From NCBI GenBank assembly GCA_964482695.1, contig CAYZYP010000004.1, positions 1 through 62,385 on the forward strand: a stretch of 62,385 nt of DNA, given 5' to 3'. Both the position numbers and the translations under genes were made by a program. Position 1 is the stretch's first letter, and each line of letters opens with the position of its first letter. Positions 19,478-28,764 of the stretch are shown piece after piece. Source of the DNA: an uncultured Gammaproteobacteria bacterium (GTDB lineage Bacteria > Patescibacteriota > Patescibacteriia > Magasanikbacterales > GWA2-37-8). The notes beneath the pieces are model-generated. The model saw nothing but the letters and a program-made list of their open reading frames with translations, searched no databases and was not told the origin of the DNA.

Positions 19478-19575
19478 ATAAATCATTAACCATTAATCAT
19501 ATGACAGGTGGCGGATGCGGATCTTGCTAAGGCAAATCCAAAAAACAATCCCGATTTAATCGGGATTGTTTTTTA
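19478..19575 (+). ncRNA. ~100-nt transcription unit with a 9-codon ORF (MTGGGCGSC, 19501-19530); sRNA or leader
   Basis: The promoter above, the GC-rich hairpin GGATCTTGC-TAAG-GCAAATCC over the stop codon, then a strong terminator. Confidence 0.35.
19544..19575 (+). terminator. rho-independent terminator
   Basis: CAATCCCGAT-TTA-ATCGGGATTG is a 10-bp stem followed by T6. Confidence 0.8.
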
Positions 19576-19633
19576 ATTTTTTTAGGAGTAAAATATAAAT
19601 GTATTTAAATTTTAATTAACTAACCAAAAATTT

Positions 19634-19879
19634 ATGATGTCATACTTTTTGGCCAACGATTTGGCGTTTCCTTGGGCAATAATTAGTAGTTTTGTTTTTT
19701 TTATAATCATAATAATGGTCTGGTCGCTGGTTTGGAAAGGGAAGGCTCTGTGGCAAGCTGCCAGGCGCGGTGAAAAAGCTTGGTTTGTAGTATTTTTACT
19801 GGTCAATACAGCCGGTATTTTAGAAATCTTGTATCTGTATGTATTTGAAAAAGATAAAAAAGAAGAAAAAATAAATTAA
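19634..19879 (+). CDS. small membrane protein
   Basis: 81-aa ORF with two TM segments. 'WKGKALWQAARRGEKAWFVVFLLVNTAGILEILY' resembles a small conserved membrane family common in CPR genomes. Confidence 0.5.
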   Translation: MMSYFLANDLAFPWAIISSFVFFIIIIMVWSLVWKGKALWQAARRGEKAWFVVFLLVNTAGILEILYLYVFEKDKKEEKIN

Positions 19880-19888
19880 TTATTTTAT

Positions 19889-20596
19889 ATGTCCGCTTTA
19901 ATTTTTGACATAGAAACAATTGGCGAAAATTTTGATAATTTAGACGAAACAACTCAACATAGTTTAACGCGTTGGGTAGAACGGGCGGCCAAAAATAATG
20001 AAGAAAAAGAAGTAATGTTAAAAGACGTTAAAAATGGCTTGGGCTTTTCGCCATTAACAGGGGAAATTGTCGCTTTAGGTGTTTTTGATCATGAAAAAAA
20101 TCAGGGAGCCGTATATTATCAATCACCCGGACAGAACCAAGAAGAAACAGAAGAGGGTGGTTGCAAATTAAAGGCCATGACCGAAAAAGAAATATTAGAA
20201 AAATTTTGGGAATTAGCGAAAAAATATGATAATTTTGTTACTTTTAATGGTCGTTCTTTTGATGTGCCGTTTATGATTATTCGTTCGCTTGTCCATAAAA
20301 TTAAACCAAGTAAAGATTTAATGTCCAATCGTTATTTGTTTAGCCAAAAATATGGTGCCAAGCATATTGATTTGTTGGATCAATTAAGTTTTTATGGCGC
20401 TAGTCAACGCAAAGGCAATTTACATTTGTTTTGTCGTGCTCTTGGCATAGCCAGCCCCAAAGGCGAAGTGAGCGGCGATGATGTCGGCAGACTATTTTTA
20501 GAAAAAAAATATTTAGAGATCGCTAAATATAATGTTGGTGATATTAAAGCCACCAGTGAGTTGTATGAATACTGGCAGAAATATTTGAATTTTTAA
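19889..20596 (+). CDS. DEDD-type 3'-5' exonuclease-fold protein (RNase H-like, PolB-exo related)
   Basis: 'LIFDIETIG' (Exo I), 'FNGRSFDVPF' (Exo II) and 'YNVGDIKAT' (Exo III-like). Confidence 0.6.
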   Translation: MSALIFDIETIGENFDNLDETTQHSLTRWVERAAKNNEEKEVMLKDVKNGLGFSPLTGEIVALGVFDHEKNQGAVYYQSPGQNQEETEEGGCKLKAMTEKEILEKFWELAKKYDNFVTFNGRSFDVPFMIIRSLVHKIKPSKDLMSNRYLFSQKYGAKHIDLLDQLSFYGASQRKGNLHLFCRALGIASPKGEVSGDDVGRLFLEKKYLEIAKYNVGDIKATSELYEYWQKYLNF

Positions 20597-20653
20597 AACA
20601 AATCCAAACATCAACATTCCGGCTTACTAGACATGGCGGTTTTTTGTTTTTTG

Positions 20654-23038
20654 TTATAACTGTCTGATAAGTTCGTAATTCGGTAAATACCTAACTTCAT
20701 ATTTTTGCAAGTCGTCTAAATACGGTAAGTCAGCAATGGATATTTTGCCGATATATAAGTTTCGTAAGCCATCCGATAAGTGTTGTTTTATAAAATCAGT
20801 TACCTGCAGATAACCATTAAAATAAACAATATCTCGAGTAAAAGCAATTTTTTTGTTAGTATCTACCAAACCACGTTTTGCTTTTAAACAGGTTATCCAA
20901 GCTGTTTCATCTGTTAGTTTGTAATTATCTTTTAAATAATGAAATAATTCAACAAATGACATTTCGTTTGCCAGATAAACACCAATAGTTCTTAAAGCTG
21001 GCCAAATAGATTTCTCTCCCAAAGCAATATTAAGTTGGTTTTGATTAAAAATCGCTAAACCCTCTTCGGTGGTTAAATAATCAGTAGTACCTTTTTCAAA
21101 TATTTTATATTTTTGTAAACTGCCGTTTTCTAGACGGTAAATATGAGTGCAAATTTCATGAACAATAATAGCTTTTAACCTATTTTCAGAAAAACAACAG
21201 CCTTCTCGCAAAAAGATGGTCCCATTTTTGCTTACAGCTATTTCTGCTATGCGATCGGTAACTAGTTTAATTTTCCATTTGGTTAATTTTTGCTCTGCCA
21301 AAAAATTTTCTATTTTTTTAACAATCGTTTTATTATTTAATTCTTTGCTGTCATCTTCGTAAATGGGGTGTTCGTGAATATAACGAATAGCTTTGTCGTA
21401 TAACATGCTGTCTGCTTGGCCATATAGTTTAACAGAGGCGGTTTGTAAGCCAACGGGGTCGTTAACAGATTCTATAATATCAAGTTTAGCTCGTAATTCC
21501 GCTATTTTTTTAAGATATATTTTGGCCAAAGGATGTTTGAAATCAATTGGCAATGATTTAAGCTCTCTTCTGAATTGGGCGACATCGGCGTGAATGGGGC
21601 GGTAAAAGAAACGCGGTGAATATATCGGATGGCGAAAAAATTCTTCTTTTTCTTTATCTAAATTAGTTGGGCGTAAAGCGCCAATAACGTGAATTTTGTT
21701 TTCTATGTTTCCCAACTTTTTGTCAACATTTTGAATAATTTTTTCGTCAATATCGTGTTTGGTTTTAACTGCGGAAAGATTTTTTTTATCTATATTTTGG
21801 TTAAGATTAAGATCAATTAAAAAATCTTGTAAATATTTACCGGTTAAGATAGCTTGATATTTTTCTTGTCGCAGGTCAGCAAATTTAAAAGGCAAAACAA
21901 GTCTTTTGTTTTTTAATTTTATTTCTATTGTTTTATCCTCATTATCCAGATCGTTTAAAGAGTAATCTATCAAAACTTGTTCGGCGTGCGGGTCTATTTT
22001 GAAAATTACATTACTATGTTTAGTGTTTAAAATATCAATAGGTTCATAAAGGCCAACAACAGGTTTCTCGGTCTTTTTTTCTTCTTTTTCTAATGGGATA
22101 TTGGCGCTAAATAAAGTTTGACTAATTTCTACTCCTTTTTCTGGTGTTGGAACTTTTAAATCAGTCACTTTTTTGAGACGATTTTTAAGCAGCACCTGAT
22201 TAGCTATTTGGATAGCTAATCCAGCGCGTGCGTTTAGTTCTAATATTTTTACGCCACTGTTAGTTATAGCCAAATCTACCGCCAAAAAACCTATTTGGCT
22301 GGCATGTTGCGTTTTGGTAGCCGTTAATAATAATTGAGTCCAATCAGGAATCTGTATATTTTTAATTGGTTCTCCGTTTGGTAATTTTTTAATAAACTTA
22401 TCATAATGTACCGCGTAAGTGGCTCGACCGCTAGCGATATCAATGCCTACGCCCACAGCCCCTAAATGTAAATTGGCCTTGCCATTTGATTCGGTTGTTG
22501 GCAAGCGCAACATAGCAATTACTGGCACGTAGTTAAAAACGATTACTCGCACGTCTGGCAAGCCGTAATCAACATAGCGTTTAAAATAATCGTGTATTAC
22601 AAGCATTTCTTCTATAATTATTTGGTCACCTAAGCCAGAAATAGCGTAGCGGCCATCTAAAATAGAAACCATGTGGCGGTATAAATTTTTCCAATCTAAT
22701 TCTTTGCCATTAATATCAATAAAATTATGTTTATTTTTTTCTTTTATTAACAAAATTCCTTCACCGCCATAACCATGATTAGGCTTGATAACAAAATTAA
22801 CAGGTAGAGAATTGGGATTAAAATTCTTAAGTTCCTGATAGTTTTTAATAATAGTATAAATTTTGGCCACTCCCAAACCCCTGGAACTTAAATAATTTTT
22901 AGTAAAAATCTTGTCATCGGCGAATTTTTTGTTAGTTTTGGAATTATAACGATTGACAAACAAAAGATTGCGGGCGTTCATGCCAAGAATGCCAGAAGCT
23001 TTTTCTAAAAAGGATAAAGGATGTTTGATTAGTTTCAT
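20654..23038 (-). CDS. fusion protein: RimK-related ATP-grasp ligase (N-terminal) plus DUF1704/QEGLA-motif (MATCAP-like) metallocarboxypeptidase (C-terminal)
   Basis: N-terminus 'GILGMNARNLLFV...VIKPNHGYGGEGI...LAVDLAI...ILELNARAG' is ATP-grasp-like. The C-terminus has H-E-I-C-T-H (21143-21160) and 'TTEEGLA' about 25 residues later. Confidence 0.75.
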   Translation of the reverse strand: MKLIKHPLSFLEKASGILGMNARNLLFVNRYNSKTNKKFADDKIFTKNYLSSRGLGVAKIYTIIKNYQELKNFNPNSLPVNFVIKPNHGYGGEGILLIKEKNKHNFIDINGKELDWKNLYRHMVSILDGRYAISGLGDQIIIEEMLVIHDYFKRYVDYGLPDVRVIVFNYVPVIAMLRLPTTESNGKANLHLGAVGVGIDIASGRATYAVHYDKFIKKLPNGEPIKNIQIPDWTQLLLTATKTQHASQIGFLAVDLAITNSGVKILELNARAGLAIQIANQVLLKNRLKKVTDLKVPTPEKGVEISQTLFSANIPLEKEEKKTEKPVVGLYEPIDILNTKHSNVIFKIDPHAEQVLIDYSLNDLDNEDKTIEIKLKNKRLVLPFKFADLRQEKYQAILTGKYLQDFLIDLNLNQNIDKKNLSAVKTKHDIDEKIIQNVDKKLGNIENKIHVIGALRPTNLDKEKEEFFRHPIYSPRFFYRPIHADVAQFRRELKSLPIDFKHPLAKIYLKKIAELRAKLDIIESVNDPVGLQTASVKLYGQADSMLYDKAIRYIHEHPIYEDDSKELNNKTIVKKIENFLAEQKLTKWKIKLVTDRIAEIAVSKNGTIFLREGCCFSENRLKAIIVHEICTHIYRLENGSLQKYKIFEKGTTDYLTTEEGLAIFNQNQLNIALGEKSIWPALRTIGVYLANEMSFVELFHYLKDNYKLTDETAWITCLKAKRGLVDTNKKIAFTRDIVYFNGYLQVTDFIKQHLSDGLRNLYIGKISIADLPYLDDLQKYEVRYLPNYELIRQL

Positions 23039-23050
23039 ATTTAAAGCGGG

Positions 23051-24598
23051 CTATTCTTCGGCGTGTTCTCTAAACAAGCTTTTAAATCTTAAATATTCGC
23101 TTAAACGTAAACCGCTAAATTTACCAATTAATAAAATTAACAGCAAAGGAATGAGTATTAGTTCGGGCCAAGACATTACTAAATTATTAAAAGATGTCCA
23201 ACTAATTAGATAATAACAAGCTGTTACAACAATTAAGGTTTCCAGCACTCCAAAAACAGCCCCGCGAAAACCTTCTTCGGATTGGGCGGCCATAAATTTT
23301 TCGGCCACGCTAGACATTACCAACATTGGAAAAATGCTTACCGACAAATTTACAGACAAGCCAAAAAATAAAACCAACCAGACAACAGTTAAAAAAGACA
23401 AACTAATAATGCTCAAATTTAGAGCCACCTTGGATAAATAAAGCAGTTCAAATTTATTTAGAATATATTTGACAATATAGCCGATTATTACCGCGAACAG
23501 AAAAGTAATAATGCCAAACCAAATACCAAGAATATAAAATGAAGCTGCCGTAATTACCGGAGTATAAATTCCAAAAGTGGAAAGGCCGATAATTTGACGA
23601 AAAAATACTACTACGCAAGCCAAAAATGGTATGAGTAGAATTAAATAAATACTATTTCCAGAAACATCTTTAGCCACAAAACTAGTTATCAGGTTTGATA
23701 AAACAAGAAAATTTGACTTTTTTCCTCGTTCATCAATAACTTTATATTCAACACCCCTGTTTTTTAATGTGTCAGCGGTTTTGGAATAATCTTTAATACT
23801 TAGAAGAGGGGAAAGAGCTTCTTGGCGGGTTAGTAGAATATATTTAGGCTTGATTATTTTAAAAGACTGGTAAGCAAAGTTAGAAGCAACATCCATGTTA
23901 CCATCACTAATGGTGACGAAAAATTTATTTTTAATAATTTCTTTATCTTCATCGGTAGCGTTTTGCCAGAAACGAGTAAAAGCCTGCAAGCCACTAAAAG
24001 ATTTAGTATAGAAGATAAGAACGTCGGTATCTGTTATGTAGTTACTGATTTTAGCGATTTCTTTAACCAGATTGTCCTCGGTTAAAAATTCTGTTAAGAA
24101 CCCCCCACCGCCTTCTTTGATAGTAGAAAGAACCTGCAAAGCGACGCCGTTCTCTGCGGCTTGTAATTTAATTTGATTAACCTCTCCTTCAATTTTTCTA
24201 TCAATAATCAGCAACGCTCTTTTATCATAAACAAATATTTGCTGGCTAACAGAACTGGATTCGTTATTTTGAGTTATGGTTAGCATGACGTTATATTTGC
24301 CAATTTTTTTATACTGGTGCACCGCGTCTTTGCCAACGGCTTGAACATTATCGCCAAAATCCCAAATATATTTTGGCGTGCCAGTTGGTAAAATACTAGA
24401 ATTAACAGCGTCAAAAATTACTTTTTTTTCAACTTGTACAAATTCCTCGGCTTTAATTTTTGCCGTTAATTTGTCAATTTTGGCTTCCTCACCAATGTTT
24501 TCGTTGCCAGTGCTGGTGGTTGCTTTTGTGTTGTCTTGGCCATATACAGGTGTCGCTAAAAATAAAAAAATTAGGACAAAAATTATTACTTTTTTCAT
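23051..24598 (-). CDS. secreted PKD-domain protein anchored by a C-terminal 7-TM module (the 7TM type usually fused to an inactive transglutaminase)
   Basis: Signal peptide, 'PKYIWDFGDNVQAVGKDAVHQYKKIGKYNVMLTI' (PKD), seven hydrophobic segments, and the ending 'GKFSGLRLSEYLRFKSLF'. Confidence 0.7.
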   Translation of the reverse strand: MKKVIIFVLIFLFLATPVYGQDNTKATTSTGNENIGEEAKIDKLTAKIKAEEFVQVEKKVIFDAVNSSILPTGTPKYIWDFGDNVQAVGKDAVHQYKKIGKYNVMLTITQNNESSSVSQQIFVYDKRALLIIDRKIEGEVNQIKLQAAENGVALQVLSTIKEGGGGFLTEFLTEDNLVKEIAKISNYITDTDVLIFYTKSFSGLQAFTRFWQNATDEDKEIIKNKFFVTISDGNMDVASNFAYQSFKIIKPKYILLTRQEALSPLLSIKDYSKTADTLKNRGVEYKVIDERGKKSNFLVLSNLITSFVAKDVSGNSIYLILLIPFLACVVVFFRQIIGLSTFGIYTPVITAASFYILGIWFGIITFLFAVIIGYIVKYILNKFELLYLSKVALNLSIISLSFLTVVWLVLFFGLSVNLSVSIFPMLVMSSVAEKFMAAQSEEGFRGAVFGVLETLIVVTACYYLISWTSFNNLVMSWPELILIPLLLILLIGKFSGLRLSEYLRFKSLFREHAEE

Positions 24599-24753
24599 AT
24601 TATATTTAGTATTTTAATTGTTTGATAGATCTATTATATATGGATTTAGAAAAAAAACAAATTTATCTCTTTTTAATTTGCTTCTGTTTCTAGTTAGTAT
24701 TATAATAATACTATTATATTTAGGTACTCTACAAATAATATGAGCGAAGAATT

Positions 24754-25527
24754 ATGAATTTATTGCAAGTTGTAATTTTGGGCGTAGTAGAAGGCATAAC
24801 CGAATTTTTGCCAATTTCTTCTACTGGACATTTAATATTAAGTTCTAACTTATTAAAATTAACCCAAACCGAATTTTTAAAGAGTTTTGAAATAATTATT
24901 CAATTGGGAGCAATTTTGGCAGTTGTTGTGTTATACGGTCGTAATCTATTGTTAAATAAAGATATTATTAAAAAATTAATAGTCGCTTTTATTCCCACTG
25001 GTATCATAGGTTTGTTGTTGTATAAAGTTGTCAAACAATATTTATTGGGCAATAACGAGGTAGTTTTGTGGTCGTTATTAATAGGTGGTATTTTGTTAAT
25101 TATTTTTGAACTACTTTACAAAGAATCAGAAACATCTATTGATAATATATCTCAACTTTCATGGCAAAAGTCTTTTATTATAGGCATTTTTCAGTCTTTG
25201 GCTATTGTGCCAGGAGTTTCTCGCGCCGCAGCCACTATTATCGGGGGATTACTCATGGGATTAAAAAGAAAGACCATTGTTGAGTTTTCATTTTTATTAG
25301 CCGTACCAACTATGTTAGCCGCTACTGGCCTAGATTTGTTTAAAAGTGCTAACGCGTTTCGGGCGGGTGACTTTTTTTTGTTAGCAGTCGGTTTTGTCGT
25401 TTCGTTTTTAGTGGCTTTCTTTAGTATTAAATTTTTACTTTCTTTTATCAAAAATCATACTTTTATGTGGTTTGGAATTTATCGTATAGTATTGGTTTTG
25501 TTTTTTTGGTTGGTGGTGTTAAGATAG
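24754..25527 (+). CDS. uppP: undecaprenyl-diphosphate phosphatase
   Basis: 257 aa. 'GVVEGITEFLPISSTGHL' and 'PGVSRAAATIIGG' are BacA/UppP signatures. Confidence 0.9.
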   Translation: MNLLQVVILGVVEGITEFLPISSTGHLILSSNLLKLTQTEFLKSFEIIIQLGAILAVVVLYGRNLLLNKDIIKKLIVAFIPTGIIGLLLYKVVKQYLLGNNEVVLWSLLIGGILLIIFELLYKESETSIDNISQLSWQKSFIIGIFQSLAIVPGVSRAAATIIGGLLMGLKRKTIVEFSFLLAVPTMLAATGLDLFKSANAFRAGDFFLLAVGFVVSFLVAFFSIKFLLSFIKNHTFMWFGIYRIVLVLFFWLVVLR

Positions 25528-25591
25528 TTGAAGTTTATTGATATTTTAGGTATAATTTACGTAATAAGCTAGTTTAATAAATTAAAGTATT

Positions 25592-25879
25592 ATGGCGATT
25601 ACTCTTGATGAAGTTCGTAAAATTGCCGGGTTGGCGCGTATTAAATTAACGCCAGCCGAGGAAAAACGTCACGCGGAAACTATTTCCGTTGTTTTAGATT
25701 ATATGAAAATTTTAAACGAAGTAGATATAAACGGGGTTGAAATGACTTGCCAGGTGACGGGGTTAGAAAATATAACACGCGAAGACGCAGTGAGTGATTG
25801 TAATATTAAAAAGGAATTAATAAATGTCATGCCGACGGTTGAAGAAAATGAGTTAAAAGTGCCGGCAGTGTTTGAGTAA
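25592..25879 (+). CDS. gatC: Asp/Glu-tRNA amidotransferase subunit C
   Basis: 95 aa with the typical GatC 'VRKIAGLARIKLTPAEE'. It overlaps gatA by 8 nt. Confidence 0.85.
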   Translation: MAITLDEVRKIAGLARIKLTPAEEKRHAETISVVLDYMKILNEVDINGVEMTCQVTGLENITREDAVSDCNIKKELINVMPTVEENELKVPAVFE

Positions 25880-27305
25880 GTATATGAATTTAAATGAACT
25901 AACAATCCAACAGGCCGCGGAAGGCCTAAAGAAAAAAGAATTTTCTTCGGTAGAACTTACCAGGGCGTGTTTGGCGCGGATAAAAGAGCGTAATTCAGAA
26001 ATAAACGCTTTCATTACTGTTTGTGAAGAAAGCTCGCTTGAAGAAGCAAAAAAAGCGGATAAGATAATAAAAGATAAAAAAGCTGGTTCGTTGACCGGAA
26101 TCCCTTTTTGCGTTAAAGACGCAATTTGTACCAAAGGCGTGCGTTCAACAGCGGCCGCTAAAATTTTGGATAATTATATTCCACCATTTGATGCCAGTGT
26201 AATTAAAAAAATTCGCGAGCAAGGCGGAGTTTTAATTGGCAAAAATAATTGCGACGCGTTTGGTCATGGCGCTAGCAATGAAAATAGCATGTATGGCCCA
26301 GTTAAAAATCCTCACGATCTTACCAAAGTTTCTGGCGGTTCTTCTGGAGGCTCGGCGGCTGCGGTAGCTGATAATATGTCTATTTATGCCATTGGCGAAG
26401 ATACTGGAGGCTCTATCCGTCAGCCGGCTAGTTTTTGTGGAATTGTAGGTTTGCGGCCAAGTTATGGTCGTAATTCGCGTTATGGCATTATGCCGATGGC
26501 TTCTTCACTTGATACTGTTGGACCGATAACAAAAACAGTAGAAGACTGCGCCTTGGTAGAACAAATTATTGCTGGTCAAGACAATTTGGACGCGACAACT
26601 GTTCCTGATAGAGTGCCAGATTACCCTGCAGAATTAAAAAAAGATATTAAAGGTTTGAAAATAGGCGTGCCAAAAGAATATTTTGAACTTACTGGCTTAG
26701 AAGAAGAAACTAAACAAAAAATTACTCAACAAATAGAAAAATTAGCTGAATTAGGCTGTGCGATAAAAGAGGTAAGCTTACCATACACTAAATACGCTAT
26801 TGCGGTTTATTACATAGTAGTGCCCAGCGAAGTTAGTTCTAATTTTGGTAGATTAGACGGGATTAGATATGGAGTGAGAGAAAAAGCTAATAATCTTTTT
26901 GATGTTTACGCGTTGTCTCGCGAACAGGGTTTTCCAGAAGAAGTAAAAAGAAGAATTTTAATCGGCACTTATGCCTTGTCAGCTGGATATTATGATGCTT
27001 ATTATAAGAAAGCGCAAACAGTACGTACGTTAATTAAACGTGATTTTGACGAGGTGTTTAAAAAAGTTGATGCGCTTATTACTCCGACATCTCCTTTCCC
27101 ATCTTTTAATATTGGCGAAAAGTCAGAAGACCCGCTAGCTATGTATTTAGCAGATGTAATGCTCGCCCCATCTTCGGTGGCTGGCATGCCAGCAATATCC
27201 GTGCCAGCAGGTGAAACTAAAAATGGTTTACCAATAGGCGCGCAGATAATCGGCGCCAGGATGAACGATGGAATAGTAATGAGAGTGGCAAAAAATATAG
27301 GGTAA
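25872..27305 (+). CDS. gatA: Asp/Glu-tRNA amidotransferase subunit A (amidase signature)
   Basis: 477 aa with the amidase signature 'GGSSGGSAAAVA' and 'GEDTGGSIRQPASFCG'. Confidence 0.92.
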   Translation: MSKYMNLNELTIQQAAEGLKKKEFSSVELTRACLARIKERNSEINAFITVCEESSLEEAKKADKIIKDKKAGSLTGIPFCVKDAICTKGVRSTAAAKILDNYIPPFDASVIKKIREQGGVLIGKNNCDAFGHGASNENSMYGPVKNPHDLTKVSGGSSGGSAAAVADNMSIYAIGEDTGGSIRQPASFCGIVGLRPSYGRNSRYGIMPMASSLDTVGPITKTVEDCALVEQIIAGQDNLDATTVPDRVPDYPAELKKDIKGLKIGVPKEYFELTGLEEETKQKITQQIEKLAELGCAIKEVSLPYTKYAIAVYYIVVPSEVSSNFGRLDGIRYGVREKANNLFDVYALSREQGFPEEVKRRILIGTYALSAGYYDAYYKKAQTVRTLIKRDFDEVFKKVDALITPTSPFPSFNIGEKSEDPLAMYLADVMLAPSSVAGMPAISVPAGETKNGLPIGAQIIGARMNDGIVMRVAKNIG

Positions 27306-27309
27306 GTAT

Positions 27310-27331
27310 CCCCAGAGTTTGCTCTGGGGTT
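27310..27331 (+). terminator. hairpin terminator after gatA (weak U tail)
   Basis: CCCCAGAG-TTTG-CTCTGGGG is a perfect 8-bp stem followed by TTAAT. Confidence 0.5.
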
Positions 27332-27410
27332 AATACCATTTATAAAATTCTACAAAAACAAATAAATTTTTGAAAATTTTATTACTGATTAATTATAAAA
27401 AAATAGTATT

Positions 27411-28748
27411 ATGTCAGCAACAAACTCAGTAACCGATAAAAATTTACCATTAGAAAAAAAATCATTTGTCACTGCTGGCGCGGTTGTTAATTTTCGCGAT
27501 AGCTGGCGGATTTTTAGAATTATCACTGAATTTGTGGAAGGCTATCAATTTTTGGGAGATTTGACAAAAGAAGTTACCATATTAGGTTCGGCGCGTATTC
27601 CAAAAAATAATAAATATTATAAAATAGCCGAAGATCTGGGATATTTACTAGGTAAAAATGGTTTTACCACTATTACCGGCGGCGGTCCGGGCATCATGGA
27701 AGCCGCCAATAAAGGTGCTTATGAGGCGGGTGGGGAATCTATTGGCTTAAATATTCAATTACCACACGAACAGCGAGTAAATCAATACGTAAAAAAGTCG
27801 GTTGGCTTTTATTATTTTTTTAGTCGCAAAGTAATGTTAACATCACCAGCCAACGCCTTTGTTTTTTTCCCAGGCGGTTTTGGCACGTTAGACGAATTTT
27901 TTGAAGTAGTTGATCATATAGAATTAAAACAAATGCCCAAAGTCCCAATTGTTTTGGTCGGCAAAGAATTTTGGCAGCCTGTTATAAATTTTTTACGGCA
28001 AAAATCAATTAAAGAAGTTGGCTCTGTGCCAGAAGAAGAAATAAATAGCTGGCAAATGGTAGAAACATCAGCCGAGGCTTTTGAATGTGTAAAAGAAACA
28101 GCCGATCGCCCTAATACCTGTGAAGCAGGGTCACTCAATCCGCATTGTCAAGGTGGTTTGGATTGGCGTATTTTTAGAATAATGGCCGAATTAGTAGAAG
28201 GTTTTGAATTTTTAACAAAATTAACCAACGATGTAACTATTTTAGGCACCAAAAGTATTCATTTTGATTCGCCTTATTATCAGTCAGCTTACGAAGTTGG
28301 TAAAATTTTGGCGCAAAATAAAATTACTACTATTACTGGCGGCGGTCCGGGCATTATGGAAGCCGCCAATAAAGGCGCGTTTGAGAACGGTGGCGAAAGT
28401 ATAGGGATAAATATGCGTTTTGAGCGAGGTGAACGAATAAACAGCTATGTTAGTAAATCTATTGGTTTTTATTTTTCTTTTGTCCGCAAGCTGATTATTT
28501 CCGCTCCTTCGCGTGCTTTTGTTTTTTTCCCAGGCGGTTTTGGTACGCTTCATCAATTGTTTGAATTGCTGACTTTGTTGGAAACCAAAAAAATTGAATC
28601 AGTGCCTATTTTGCTTTATGGCAAAGAATTTTGGCTACCTTTGCTTAATTTCATCCACACTTTGCGTTTTGATTTTAAAACTATTAATCAATCGGACGAA
28701 GAACTGTTAAAGGTGATAGAAAAGCCGGAAGAGGTTTTAAACATTTAG
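27411..28748 (+). CDS. tandem-duplicated LOG-family (TIGR00730-like) protein
   Basis: Two ~220-aa repeats each carry 'ITGGGPGIMEAANKGA' and 'FFPGGFGTL'. The nucleotide repeats are offset by exactly 660 nt. Confidence 0.8.
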   Translation: MSATNSVTDKNLPLEKKSFVTAGAVVNFRDSWRIFRIITEFVEGYQFLGDLTKEVTILGSARIPKNNKYYKIAEDLGYLLGKNGFTTITGGGPGIMEAANKGAYEAGGESIGLNIQLPHEQRVNQYVKKSVGFYYFFSRKVMLTSPANAFVFFPGGFGTLDEFFEVVDHIELKQMPKVPIVLVGKEFWQPVINFLRQKSIKEVGSVPEEEINSWQMVETSAEAFECVKETADRPNTCEAGSLNPHCQGGLDWRIFRIMAELVEGFEFLTKLTNDVTILGTKSIHFDSPYYQSAYEVGKILAQNKITTITGGGPGIMEAANKGAFENGGESIGINMRFERGERINSYVSKSIGFYFSFVRKLIISAPSRAFVFFPGGFGTLHQLFELLTLLETKKIESVPILLYGKEFWLPLLNFIHTLRFDFKTINQSDEELLKVIEKPEEVLNI

Positions 28749-28764
28749 TCTAATATATTTTAGT

